DNA from: Vairimorpha necatrix
Taxonomy: Eukaryota
Assembly (NCBI GenBank): GCA_036630325.1
Contig: CP142726.1
Coordinates: forward strand, 682,001-746,000
Direction: 5' to 3'
Length of the DNA stretch: 64,000 nucleotides
Part shown: positions 13,386 through 24,679 of the stretch, one piece after another
Position numbering within the stretch: the stretch's first letter is position 1
Layout: the number at the start of each line of letters is the position of its first letter
Program-made: the position numbers and the translations under genes
The notes under the pieces: model-generated
Database searches by the model: none
Seen by the model: only the letters and a program-made list of their open reading frames with translations
Told to the model about the DNA's origin: nothing

Positions 13386-15561
13386 ACATGATAGACACCG
13401 GTAAAAGAAAGTTTAAAAGGCATATATCTCAACTCAAACTTGTCATTGATGACCCCATCCTTTAAGCGGAGGGATGTTGATATTTTTATATTTTTATTAC
13501 CCCAATTTTTAAGATGAGTAAGGAAGTGGAGGAGAAGAATCTCATAAATAAAACACATAATAATGTTAGTTTTAATTAATTGAATATAGAATGGGGGGCA
13601 CTTGCTGATAAAATCGCGATGGGATGTCTTATTATCAATTATGCTATGTAATAGGAGTGTTGGGATATAAATTTCTCAAAAAACAAGGATTCTTGATGTA
13701 AATATGTGTATTTTCTAGATTGTTATATTTTAAAAGATTTTAATCTTATAATATAGATAAATATTCTATTGAGAAAATAAGAATACTGTGATATAAATAT
13801 GAAGGCCGATATTTACGATCGTATCTTAAAAGGCCGTGGGTCTGTAGTGTTACTGAATAGCAAACAAGCAATTGTATAAATAATATATTACGTAAAAGTT
13901 CTAAGTTTATAGATTTTAAAACATAAAAAAACTCTTTAATATTAATTCTTTGCACAAGGTTTTTATTTTTTGTAAAAATAAAAAAATTTTTAGAAAAAAT
14001 TGCTCCTTAAATAAACAAAAAGCAAACAAAATTTTACTAAATTGAAAAAATTAAATATGTTTACAAGGCATTATTATTGGCCTTGTCGACCAGATTTTAA
14101 AAATTAACTGTACACAATGACGTTACAAACTCAAACAACACTTGGTCTTTATGTGTGATTGGTCTGTTATATATAATTACCAATGTATCCATAAAAACAC
14201 AAAAAAACAATAATTTTTGTAATAATCGATCTGTAATTTTTTGTATTTATACATCATTACCTTCAAACACTTTAGATAATTTGGTAGTAATATATTTTTA
14301 GTTATTTAAAGTACCTCTGCTCAATTTATTACTATAATAACGTCTTATAAATGATATTTTACGAAAAAATGAAAATATATGGTAATACTTACGGAATTAT
14401 CAAAAATAAACTAACACTAGACAGCATAAAGACTAATTACAGAGTAAACCTAATAAATTTTAATTATTTATTCAAGTAACACTAAACGGAAACTTTACGA
14501 CCAGCTACCGATCGTTATTTTTTGCAACATTTGACTTTTGAAATGATTTTTTTTTGCAAATCCCATTTTTATTATGATCTTATTGATAGCGTTAATATAA
14601 GTTAAGATACATATCACGACTCAACAAATTCCTTAAAAAATTTCCAATAACTTACATGTAATTTTTTCTTTTTATATTAAATTTATACTTTTTATGGCTA
14701 ATTATGAAAGTCTCTTTAAGTAGCATTTTTCTCCTAATTTTGCCATTCTTACATTGTAACTGCATTTTTTTTTAATATATATATATATATACATATGTAT
14801 GAATAGAACACGTACACTCACAAGAACAAAGTTAAGTAAAGATATTTATAATTTTTTTTAGTCTGATAATGACAACAAAATGAAAATAAACTAAAAATAT
14901 GGCTACTTTTCAATGTTGTTTTCCAATAATACATATAAAACTCTTTACAATTTTATAATATAAGAAATAGATCATTATTTTAGAAATCATAAGGAGGATT
15001 TAAATGATATGAATTTTATAAAAAAGTTAAAATATGTTTTAACTGTTTTGATTTATTATTTATATTTTTTTTCATATTATAATGCTAATTATATTTTACT
15101 AAAAAAATTAAAATATATATTTTGCATAAGTGTTTATAAAATTATAAAAATACATAACGTTTTTTATATGCAAAAAAAGAAAACAAAGGCAATATTATAT
15201 ATAAAAGTTAAATTTATTAATAGAGATTTAAATATATAATTAACATCATGTTCCCCTTAAATAACATATATAATAGATTTCCCGTTTAATTGATTATTAA
15301 ATTGTCACTTGTTGTCAAAACACAAATCATCTTTATTAGGGAAATGGTTTATCTATTTGTTAGTAACTAAAAAAGGAGAATTAATATCCATATTACCGCA
15401 TGCATTTATTATAAAAATATATTACTTTGGAAATTTTTTACACTTCGTAATTTTGTATATTATTTAAAAATTTAATATAATCAAAACTCCTTTTTCTCCA
15501 AAAATTAATTGGTTAATAAAAATAAAAAAAAATATATAAATAAAAAATTAATTTTTCTTCT

Positions 15562-16470
15562 ATGTTTGAGAAAAAAATAAAACTAAACAGTGGTTACGAA
15601 ATGCCCGTAGTTGGGCTTGGGACTTGGATGATTACAGACAAAGATAAAATTGAAACTTCGGTAAGAAGTGCCATAAAATGCGGATATCGACATATAGATA
15701 CCGCATTTATCTATGGAAATGAAAAATACATTGGAGAAACTTTGAAGAAAATTTTCGATGAAGGACTAATAAAACGAGAAGAATTATTTATTACATCAAA
15801 ATTGTGGTGTACTTATCACGACAATCCAGAAAAGTGTCTACAAAAAACTTTAGATGATCTTCAATTGGATTATATAGATTTATATCTAGTCCATTTCCCA
15901 GTAAAATTCAAAACAAATAACAATTTTGAATCTTCCACAGATGACAAAGGTAACAATGTACTAGATAAATTCGACTGCATCGGATTGTGGCAAAAAATGG
16001 AAAAACTAGTAGAAAAAGGAATGACAAAATCTATTGGTGTAGCAAATTACGGAGAATACAATCTTGGGAAAATATTAAAGGAGTGCAAAATCAAACCAGC
16101 TATTAACCAGTTTGAATTACATCCATATCTTACACAAGAAAGTTTAGTAGACTTTTGTCATAAAAATAATATCAATGTAGTAAGCTATTCATCATTGGGA
16201 GGAACAGACAAGAAAAAATATAATCTCAAAGAAGACAAAGAAATTATAAATCTCTCAAAAAAATATAACAAGTCGGTTTCACAAATTCTTTTAAGTTATC
16301 TTATTTCCAGGAACATCCTTGTAATTCCCAAGAGCATAAGTGAGCAGCATATTAAAGAAAATGGAGACTTATTTGAACTATCTCAAGAAGATGTCAAACA
16401 CATTTCTGGTCTGAATAAAAACTTTAGATTTATCGATTTACCAGAACACGGACCAGATAGATTCAAATAA
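15562..16470 (+). CDS. Aldo-keto reductase (aldose reductase/GCY1-like)
   Basis: MPVVGLGTW, GYRHIDTA..YGNE, LFITSKLW, DLYLVHFP, KSIGVAN, NQFELHPYL and IPKS motifs. Confidence 0.96.
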   Translation: MFEKKIKLNSGYEMPVVGLGTWMITDKDKIETSVRSAIKCGYRHIDTAFIYGNEKYIGETLKKIFDEGLIKREELFITSKLWCTYHDNPEKCLQKTLDDLQLDYIDLYLVHFPVKFKTNNNFESSTDDKGNNVLDKFDCIGLWQKMEKLVEKGMTKSIGVANYGEYNLGKILKECKIKPAINQFELHPYLTQESLVDFCHKNNINVVSYSSLGGTDKKKYNLKEDKEIINLSKKYNKSVSQILLSYLISRNILVIPKSISEQHIKENGDLFELSQEDVKHISGLNKNFRFIDLPEHGPDRFK

Positions 16471-16611
16471 ACAACTTCTATAAATTTTTTTTAAAAATTT
16501 TTATTTATGCAATTCATAAAAAACCAAAATAAATATAGTTTAGCATTCGTGATTTTAACCAAAAAAAAATAACACAAAAATAATATGTTTATTATAAGAA
16601 AAAATATTATT

Positions 16612-17259
16612 TTAATAGTGCAGACCAAGAAGCTGCATACTTTCTAGTTCCAAAACTTCTATCCATTTAAAAGAACCATTTTCGTTTTCAAATATTAAAT
16701 ACATATTTTTTATGTTATACATTTGCATAAACCACTTGTATACCTTATACTCGTAATTATAGGGATCAGAAGCATCAAAATTCTTATCTATTCTATGAAA
16801 ACTCGGAATTTCTACATCTTCAATTTTTAGAATTTTTAAATGCAGGTGCGCAAATTTTTTAACAACATCTAATACTTCATCCAAAATAACGCTTTTATTA
16901 TATTTTTCATCATTAATGATTTTAATAGCAACATCCATAAGTAAAATGCATCTCATACCCTGATGTAAAGGTGGAATTGCATGGTGTTTTGGATTATAAT
17001 TATAAATATAATCGAAAAATTCTTCTAAATGATTAGATTCGATGTGACTTTGTTTTATAAACAGCGTATCACGATCGAATAAATCCGAGATATTAATATT
17101 ATTTTCTTTTTTTTGACATCTTTTAAACTTATCTTTCACTCTTTTGAGAGTATCACTATTTCTAAACGATTTTCCTAATTTACTTATCATATTACTTGTT
17201 TTCTTTTCTATTGAACTTCCGTAAACAAAAACGATGCACAAAATTTCTATTAAAAACAT
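16612..17259 (-). CDS. Family-1 lineage-specific secreted protein (215 aa)
   Basis: Start reassigned to the CCC-ATG at 17259 (MFLIEILCIVFVYG), matching the paralogue N-termini. Same conserved core. Confidence 0.85.
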   Translation of the reverse strand: MFLIEILCIVFVYGSSIEKKTSNMISKLGKSFRNSDTLKRVKDKFKRCQKKENNINISDLFDRDTLFIKQSHIESNHLEEFFDYIYNYNPKHHAIPPLHQGMRCILLMDVAIKIINDEKYNKSVILDEVLDVVKKFAHLHLKILKIEDVEIPSFHRIDKNFDASDPYNYEYKVYKWFMQMYNIKNMYLIFENENGSFKWIEVLELESMQLLGLHY

Positions 17260-19636
17260 GGGCATAAAAAAGATTTTTTTAATATTTATGATTGAATTTT
17301 TGATATTTAATCGAATCAAATATTTTAAAACTGAATACTGTTTAAATTAAATTTTTTATTAAAATTATTTTTTATAATTTATAAAACAAAAACATTAGAA
17401 ATCTTTTATAAATTCCGTCTTACTAGTAAATTTAATTCTAAAAAGCTGATTAAAAAATTTAAGTGAAGAAATGGCGCCCAAAGCAATGTGAAGTTTTGTA
17501 TCTCATCTAATGTGATTATAAAATTTTTTTTCGGCTGTTTTATTAATAAAGATATTGCAAAGTTAAATATTGCATCAAGAAAATGTTCTTTTGTTTCTAT
17601 CTTCGCCAGGTGATATAAATATTGGCTCGCTAAATTTTGTATGTAAAAAAAACTATTCATTAGGCAAAAAGGATCAAATGGACATATCAGAATCTTAAAT
17701 GATTTTTTCCAAAAATTTTGTTTATAATTTTGTATATAACAACAATACGCTAAAATCATCTAAAAAAAGTAAAAATTATGTTCTATAAACTCATAAGAAA
17801 CAAGAGTTGCAAGCTCGGTCTTACAACAAAGACGCAAAACAAATATCGATGTAGCTAGTATTGAAGAAATGTTGATTGACAAGAATGTTAGAAAAATTTC
17901 CATGAGAATAAGAACAAACTAGAAAAATAAGATGTGAATGTACATGGACTTTGCGCGGATATAAAGTTTAAAATTTTCCTGAAGTGGATATTAGAGAGTG
18001 TAAAAATTATTTAAATTACCATGAGCTGAAAGATGAAAAATTGTAAGTGTATGTATGTGTATCTATGGATCGAAAAAGTTGTAAACACAAGAAAATATTA
18101 GTGATAGTTTACTACGGGGAGCTCATGAAGTTTGTCGATTCGAAGAGCACAATGACATTAATAAATTTTATATGTTAATTAAATAAATAATTATATGAAA
18201 CGTTCTAGAGTCAAGATGTTGAATTGTATTGATATTATATATTTATTTTTTTAACTTACAATTTTCTTCACTATGAAATATAAGCAGAAATGGTAAAGCT
18301 TTTATACTATCAAAGATGGATAGTCATTGTATAAAAATTAAAACTGTATAATACTATCGACATATATTCATGTAACATTAATAATTAACATTTGAGATTT
18401 GTTTATGATAACTAAATGTTTGTTTGCGTATAATTATAAATCATCATAATATTAAATTGACAACAAATCTAAGTAATAATATTACTAATTAAGCTGTTTA
18501 CTTTACAATATCCCTCTTCTTCAAATAATATAACCTGTTTGAAGTCGGGACAAGGCATCTTTTGTATGAATACAATTAGTTTGTTTAGATAAACTAAGTT
18601 AATGCAAAGGTATATAATTGTGTAGATAAAACTATTTAAGTATTCTATACAAGTCTATAATTTTAGGCAAGCGTTTTAATATGTGTTATGTATCTTCTTA
18701 TAGATCGTAGTTATGATCTCAATCCTTTATATTTACTTTGCGTATATAAACAATAATCCGTTTTTATAATTACTATTTATAATAAAAATAATATAAATCC
18801 TTTTTTTTACTTGTCACTAAAATTTTCTTTTTTATAAATTTATTTCTAATACTGTTATGAAAACAATATAAATAGCGGTAAGCTTATATTTATACTGTAC
18901 TCGTACACAATTAAACATATACATTTGTAATAATTAAAGAGATTTTTTTATAATAATAATTAAATATGCCTAAACATAATCATCAAAAATCTTTTTTTAA
19001 TAATATTGGATGTTTTATTATGAACTCTGCTTTGCCATTTTATAAGCTGAATTATATTTTTATATAATGTGGTATTGTATTGAGTCTATAAACAAATTTT
19101 TAAAATGTTGAATGGTAACCATTAACCACTATTAATCATAAGAAATTGTTTTTAAATTAGTTTATATCTTTTTTTGAAAGCAAAAAAATTAAATAAATTT
19201 CTAAATTTGTAATTAATATAAAAAATTTCTAAATTTGTAAATAATATAAAAAATTTCAAGTTTCAAGGTAAATGAGTTACAAATGATACAATTTTTAATA
19301 AAATATTGAAAAAATTTATAAAAAAAAATTCTTATAAAATTAGCTAACCCCTTCAAAATGACATAATTTTCTGATATTTTCATTTTCGATCAATTTGATT
19401 TATCCATTTTGTTTCATCATTTTCATCCACAAATAATTTAGTTTCTAATATACTTGACCAATAACAGTACACAATTTACAAACATTAATTTTGTCGTTTA
19501 TACATTTTTGCACCAAAAAAAGTCTTAGTTTCATGTCAAAAAAATCAATACAAAAAAAAACAATATAACCTTTTTAACTATTTGTCCCTTTACAATTATA
19601 TTTCTTCATTTTTTTTATTATTCTTTATACCAAATC

Positions 19637-19648
19637 TGAAACGTTTCA
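19637..19648. promoter_or_regulatory. Palindromic Ste12-type element TGAAACGTTTCA
   Basis: Two abutting inverted TGAAAC(G) sites ending about 45 bp upstream of the STE12 ATG. Confidence 0.5.
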
Positions 19649-19693
19649 TAATACATCGAAATATAAAATCAAATAAGTAAATAAATAAACAAT

Positions 19694-20605
19694 ATGTTAA
19701 ACAAAGACAAAGAGTTATTCGATTTTTTATCAAATGCTCCTAAAGAATTCAGAGAAGGAGAACAGATTAAAAAGTATCAAATGAAGAATGGTGATTTCAT
19801 ACATTGTGTTTTATGGAATATGCATTTTTACTTAACAGGCACAGACATAGTAAAAATTTTATTGTATAGGTTTCAAACTTCAGGGAGACAACTTTCAAAC
19901 CTTAAGAAGTTTGAAGAAGGAATTTTTAGTGATTTAAGGAATTTGAAACCTGGTATTGATGCTACTCTTGAAGGACCCAGAAGTGAATTTTTGGAATTTT
20001 TATATAAAAATGGGTGTATTAGGACTCAGAAGAAGCAGAAAGTTTTTTACTGGTACAGTGTGCCACACGATGCGCTTTTCTGTGATGCAATGGAAAGAGA
20101 CATGAGAAGAGAGACACAAATGATTTCTTACAATAAATATGTGAATAGTTCAGGAAGAATGACACCATCTCCGAATTTTAATATGTTAAGAACTAATAGT
20201 ACGAATACCCATTTCCCCCGTATGGAATCAAATAATAATCATTTTTTCAAGGAGCCAGTTCGTTCTTTTGATATTAATAATACTAATAAGTATTTCCCAG
20301 ATTATTTACGACACACACCTACTGCTCCTGTACGAGTTTATCCTGAATATGATGATTATGATCAAGATGCGTTTTATATGGGAGTTCCTAATAAGTTGAC
20401 TATGGATTTTTATGTTAATAATCACAAACAAGTTTCACCATCAGACATTTCTAAGACTCATAAAACCAAATCTCTGTCTATTGATGATTTTGATTTTTTA
20501 AGAGAGCGAATTGAGTCGAGATCTAAAACAGAGTCTGAGAATAAGGTAAAAAAGAGTAAGAATATTAGTGCAGGAGATAATAAAGATATCTTTACAAGAT
20601 TTTAG
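19694..20605 (+). CDS. STE12: Ste12-like transcription factor
   Basis: STE DNA-binding domain: CVLWN..FYLTGTDIVK, KKFEEGIFSDLRNLKPGIDATLE, CIRTQKKQKVFYWYSVPHDALFCDA.ERD. Confidence 0.96.
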   Translation: MLNKDKELFDFLSNAPKEFREGEQIKKYQMKNGDFIHCVLWNMHFYLTGTDIVKILLYRFQTSGRQLSNLKKFEEGIFSDLRNLKPGIDATLEGPRSEFLEFLYKNGCIRTQKKQKVFYWYSVPHDALFCDAMERDMRRETQMISYNKYVNSSGRMTPSPNFNMLRTNSTNTHFPRMESNNNHFFKEPVRSFDINNTNKYFPDYLRHTPTAPVRVYPEYDDYDQDAFYMGVPNKLTMDFYVNNHKQVSPSDISKTHKTKSLSIDDFDFLRERIESRSKTESENKVKKSKNISAGDNKDIFTRF

Positions 20606-20654
20606 GAAGAGAATTAATAATGATTAATAAAATATATTCACATTAAAAAAGACT

Positions 20655-20808
20655 TAATTTTTTTTAATATAAATAAACTTGATTATATTAATTTTTTATA
20701 ATATAAATAAACTTTATTATATTAGTTTTTTTTAATATAATTAAACTTGATTATATTAGTTTTTTTTAATATAAATATACTTGATTATATTAGTTTTCTA
20801 TAATATAA
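20655..20808. repeat. 34-bp AT-rich tandem repeat (~4.5 copies)
   Basis: AATATAAA..AACTTGATTATATTAG unit recurs at 20666, 20700, 20734, 20768 and 20802, between convergent gene ends. Confidence 0.8.
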
Positions 20809-20918
20809 AAATCTATAAAGATAGTTATATTTTTTTATAATTAAATTTTATTTTACAAAGTTACCTTACTTGTTGTTTACATTCTATAAATTTTTTTTTT
20901 AATATAAAAAACTTTTCT

Positions 20919-22505
20919 TTACAAATCTATAGATGCTAATATTGATGATATTACTTTCTCTGTAAATATTAATTTTAAATCATCCAAATTTTCAAAAAAG
21001 TTCCCACTATTTATAAAATCCACTACACTTTGGGCTCTTTTATCTCCCACACTTTTTATTTTTTTTATTTGTAAAAAGTTCCCACTATTTAAAATGTCAA
21101 GTAGTTCTCTTTTTGTTATTTTTATTTTTATAATTTTTTTCTTTTTCATTTTTTCTGTAATTTCTTCTATTTTTTCTTGTATTTTTTCATTATCTTTTAT
21201 TTTTTTTAGAGTTTTGTAGTCGTCTAGTGCTTTTTTTAAGTTTCCGTCTTTTTCGTATTTTTCTGCTCGTTTTAGAAATGCCTTGTAACTTTTTTCCTGT
21301 GTATTTGGAGTTAGAAGTATTTCTGGTTTATCGTAGAATGATGATTTTATAATGAAAGTTGAATCTTCTTTGATTTTTTTATTCGTCTTATTTGTTTTAT
21401 TCGTCTTAAACGTCTTATTTGTTTTATCTTTTAGAATAGAATCTTCTCTATTTATTTTATAAGAGCCTTCTCTATTTATTTGATAAGAACCTTCTCTTAT
21501 ATTAGTCAGAGATCTTTGTTGTTCTCTTATATTAGTCAGAGATCTTTGTTGTTCTCTTATATTAGTCAGAGATTTTAAGTCGTACCTTTGTTGTTCTCTA
21601 TTTTGTATATTCGTTCCTTTGTTTATTATTTTTCTACTTTTACTCGCAAATTTTAATGTGCTTATTGTCTCTTCTAAATATTCATATTCGTCTATTATAT
21701 TCGCTATTATGTAACACACACTTTGTCCCCCTAAACTATCTTGTAATAATCTTGTCAATTTACTATCTCTATAAGGTATTCTTATATTCTTATTTAATAT
21801 TGAGTTTACTACTTGTCCCAGTACAAATAAGCTTCTATTTATATTATTTGATTCTACCATCCTCATTCCTTCATTTCCTGTTTTTCTATTATTTTCTGAT
21901 CCTGCTAGATCTATTAAATATAATTTTGTATTTCTTAATATTATTTGTAAAATTGAGTGACTTCTACTACTTGTCTTGTTTAATTTTGTCTCTGCTGTTT
22001 TTCTATTTAAATTTCCAATTTTAAAGTTTTCTTTAAATTCTGCATAATTTTTTATTTCTTTTTTTTTTAAATTTGAAATGACGATTTTTCCTTCATTTTC
22101 TCTTATGACGACTTCTTTAGTTTCTAAAAGATCGAAGATCTTTTCATTATAAATTTCCATATAAGACATTTGGAAAATGTCTTGTTTTAAAATATCTTTG
22201 ACAATATTGAAGACTAGTCCTGGATCTTTATCAGTTCCTATCATAGTGTGAGTTTTCCCTGCTCCTGTGTTCCCATAGCAGAATATTGTGGTATTAAAAC
22301 CTTCTCTAAATTTATTTAGAGAAGGTTTAATATTATTAAATATATTCTGTTGAGTACTAGTATGAGAGAAGACACCATCAAAAGTGTACTCAGATTCCTG
22401 ATTATTCTGAGTTATAATTTTGACAGTTTTCTCTGAGTGTATAAAACTTTCCATATTTGATCTAATTCTTATAAAAGCCTTTATTGGGATTTTACTAGAC
22501 AACAT
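20919..22505 (-). CDS. Kinesin motor, kinesin-10 (Kid/KIF22)-like with C-terminal helix-hairpin-helix
   Basis: YGNTGAGKTHTM, SSRSH, LIDLAGSE, IPYRDSKLTRLLQDSLGG, and C-terminal IKSVGDKRA HhH-like motif. Start reassigned to the ATG after CCC at 22505. Confidence 0.88.
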   Translation of the reverse strand: MLSSKIPIKAFIRIRSNMESFIHSEKTVKIITQNNQESEYTFDGVFSHTSTQQNIFNNIKPSLNKFREGFNTTIFCYGNTGAGKTHTMIGTDKDPGLVFNIVKDILKQDIFQMSYMEIYNEKIFDLLETKEVVIRENEGKIVISNLKKKEIKNYAEFKENFKIGNLNRKTAETKLNKTSSRSHSILQIILRNTKLYLIDLAGSENNRKTGNEGMRMVESNNINRSLFVLGQVVNSILNKNIRIPYRDSKLTRLLQDSLGGQSVCYIIANIIDEYEYLEETISTLKFASKSRKIINKGTNIQNREQQRYDLKSLTNIREQQRSLTNIREQQRSLTNIREGSYQINREGSYKINREDSILKDKTNKTFKTNKTNKTNKKIKEDSTFIIKSSFYDKPEILLTPNTQEKSYKAFLKRAEKYEKDGNLKKALDDYKTLKKIKDNEKIQEKIEEITEKMKKKKIIKIKITKRELLDILNSGNFLQIKKIKSVGDKRAQSVVDFINSGNFFENLDDLKLIFTEKVISSILASIDL

Positions 22506-22614
22506 TAAGGGCATGAAAAACTGCATAAATTTAATGATGTATAAAACTGCATAAAATTGCATAAATTTAATAATGTATAAATTTAATTAAACTGCATAAA
22601 GTAATAAGACATTT

Positions 22615-23928
22615 GGAGCTTTTTCACTTTATGCCCCCCCCTACATATATAAATACAAATTTTTAAAAAATATCCCTTTTTTTAGAAAATCAAAATGGAA
22701 AAAAAAGGAGGAGAAAAAAAAAAATTAAAAAAAGTACTTAAAAATAATCTAATATACAAAAATAAATAGATGAATCATATCAATTTTATTATACAAATAT
22801 AAATTTAACTCTATATGTCATCATACGGTCCAAATTTTTTACTTACTATTTTAATTATCATAAATAATAATAAGTAATGAAACAATACAATAAATTCATT
22901 TATTTGAACTTATTACAACGATATATAAATTAAAATGACGATGTAGTTTTCTTTGTAGCAATTTTAAAAAATTTAATTTTAGTGCCCCCTTTTTATGCTT
23001 ACTAACGAAGAAATAAATAAAACATACGAAGAAATTATTTATAAACTTCTTCAAGTAAAATGTTTCAAATGCGGGAAAGAAGTTAGGAGGAGACAGCAAA
23101 GGGGTTACAATGTCAGATGCATTGGTAAAAAGTGCAAAAAAGAGAGGAGCCTTTTTGCAAATACCATATTTGCAAAAACCCATTTGGATCATATACTTAT
23201 GTTAAAGATCCTGAACCTCTGGCTCACAAAAATCCCTCCTCTACTAATCGCCAAGTTGTTATATATTTCCCCATGTGTTGTATCGAGGTGCCTAAAACAG
23301 TTTTGTTTGGACGAGGCTTACCATAAATACATGGAAAGTGCAAGAGAGACACTGGGCGGTAAGGATACAATCGTAGAAGTAGACGAAAGCAAATTTGGAA
23401 AACGTAAATACAACGTTGGACACAAAGTAGACGGTGTGTGGGTTTTTGGGATGGTCGAACGGACTAAAGAAAGAAAAATTTTGTTAATTCCTGTACCTAA
23501 TAGAACTAAAAATATTCTATTAAATCTTATTGCCACATTTATTAATAATCAATCTACTGTTTATTCTGATATGTGGAAAGGATATTCAAAAATGAACCAG
23601 ATAATGGCAAGCCACATAACTGTTAACCATAGCAAATGGTTTAAAGATCCCATTACGGGTGTGCACACTAACACCATAGAAGGGAATTGGTCAGCTATAA
23701 AACGCCAAACGCCGATAAGATGTAGAACTACTTGTTTAATATATCCCTATTTGTTAAGATTTATGTTGCTTAGAAACTTTAAAGACAATTATTTTGATGT
23801 TTTAATAAATTTATTATTTTAAGTATTTCTCCTCCTTTTTTTTTCCATTTTGATTTTCTAAAAAAAGGGATATTTTTTAAAAATTTGTATTTATATATGT
23901 AGGGGGGGGCATAAAGTGAAAATTGGCC
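22615..23928 (+). mobile_element. Intact Merlin (IS1595/ISXO2-like) DNA transposon
   Basis: ~100-bp TIRs with GG..CC termini and 8-bp TSD AGACATTT (22607-22614, 23929-23936). Confidence 0.95.
22995..23822 (+). CDS. Merlin DDE transposase (275 aa)
   Basis: N-terminal Cys finger, VEVDESKFG, WVFGMVER, SDMWKGY, VNHS..F.DP.TGVHTNTIEG.WS; CCCC before the ATG. Confidence 0.95.
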   Translation: MLTNEEINKTYEEIIYKLLQVKCFKCGKEVRRRQQRGYNVRCIGKKCKKERSLFANTIFAKTHLDHILMLKILNLWLTKIPPLLIAKLLYISPCVVSRCLKQFCLDEAYHKYMESARETLGGKDTIVEVDESKFGKRKYNVGHKVDGVWVFGMVERTKERKILLIPVPNRTKNILLNLIATFINNQSTVYSDMWKGYSKMNQIMASHITVNHSKWFKDPITGVHTNTIEGNWSAIKRQTPIRCRTTCLIYPYLLRFMLLRNFKDNYFDVLINLLF

Positions 23929-24070
23929 AGACATTTTAATAATGTATAAATTTAAACTAGATAAAACTGCATAAATTTAATGAAACTGCATAAAGTAATA
24001 AGACATATTTTATATTAAAACTATATTAATGAAATAAAACATATTTTTTTTTTATTGAGATTTGCCCATC

Positions 24071-24478
24071 ATGACAAGGGAAAAGAAAGAAGATGACACT
24101 GAGAAGATTAAAACAATGTTATTACTAGAAAATAAGAAGAATGAGATCTTGAAGATATTTGAGTCAAATCTGAGGGAAGTCTTCTCTCAGATCCCTGAGA
24201 AGATGCTCTGTCTCCCCATTTTGTCTCTACAGGATTCTATCCTGGCAGATTACCACGGGGAAGATATAAATTTAGTAGACTCCTTTAAGAAGACCAAGAG
24301 GGAGTCGACTGTCTCCATTACATACGGGGAAGAATACACTTATGATGGGAATATATTCAAGGACTCTAAGGGGAGAGTGAAAAATGACTCACTTGATCAA
24401 GATCTTAAGGAAATATTAAAGAAAGTCAAGAAACTAGCAGACCGAAAAGGAAGGGACTTAAGTTTATTTATGCAGTGA
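24071..24478 (+). CDS. Small hypothetical protein (135 aa), possible minimal Borealin/Nbl1
   Basis: ATG at 24071 follows CCC, GC-enriched coding signal. The product call rests only on remembered motif resemblance. Confidence 0.7.
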   Translation: MTREKKEDDTEKIKTMLLLENKKNEILKIFESNLREVFSQIPEKMLCLPILSLQDSILADYHGEDINLVDSFKKTKRESTVSITYGEEYTYDGNIFKDSKGRVKNDSLDQDLKEILKKVKKLADRKGRDLSLFMQ

Positions 24479-24679
24479 ACTCATTTAAATAAGCTTAAAA
24501 ATATTATATTTCTTATATAATATTTTATATTATATTTTATAATCTTGTTTATAATTCTTATCTTCTTTTAATCTAACTTATATATTTTAATCTAACATAT
24601 TTAAATCTTACATATTTTAATCTTACCTTAGATATCTTATAAATATTTAGATATCTTATAAATTTTATATTGTCAATTG

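Larger units (their letters stand above)
9359..13465 (+). pseudogene. Single-frame gag-pol of element D
   Basis: ORFs 9359, 9800 and 11762 share one frame and are separated by TAA stops. CCHC knuckle, protease site mutated (FYTGA), YVDD, TDAS and integrase DDE motifs. The IN C-terminus resumes after the solo-LTR insertion (GNTYM|IDTGKRKFKRHISQLKLVIDDPIL*). Confidence 0.9.
9320..13553 (+). mobile_element. Ty3/Gypsy LTR retrotransposon D (decayed) with 79-bp LTRs
   Basis: Direct repeats 9320-9398 and 13475-13553 (1 mismatch), TSD CACAT on both sides, PBS after the 5' LTR, purine tract before the 3' LTR, domain order Gag-PR-RT-RH-IN. Confidence 0.93.

Noticed and set aside
15009-15239. Short intergenic ORFs (also 13746, 17406, 31515, 60611)
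   Set aside because: Low-complexity AT-rich translations with no motif, paralogue or CCC start context.
17780-18150. Purine-rich stretch that could be an old TE remnant
   Set aside because: No convincing motif could be recovered by eye.
21656-22024. Hydrophobic 122-aa ORF and other short antisense ORFs over pol, SMC5 and transposases
   Set aside because: Shadow ORFs on the opposite strand of genuine AT-rich genes.
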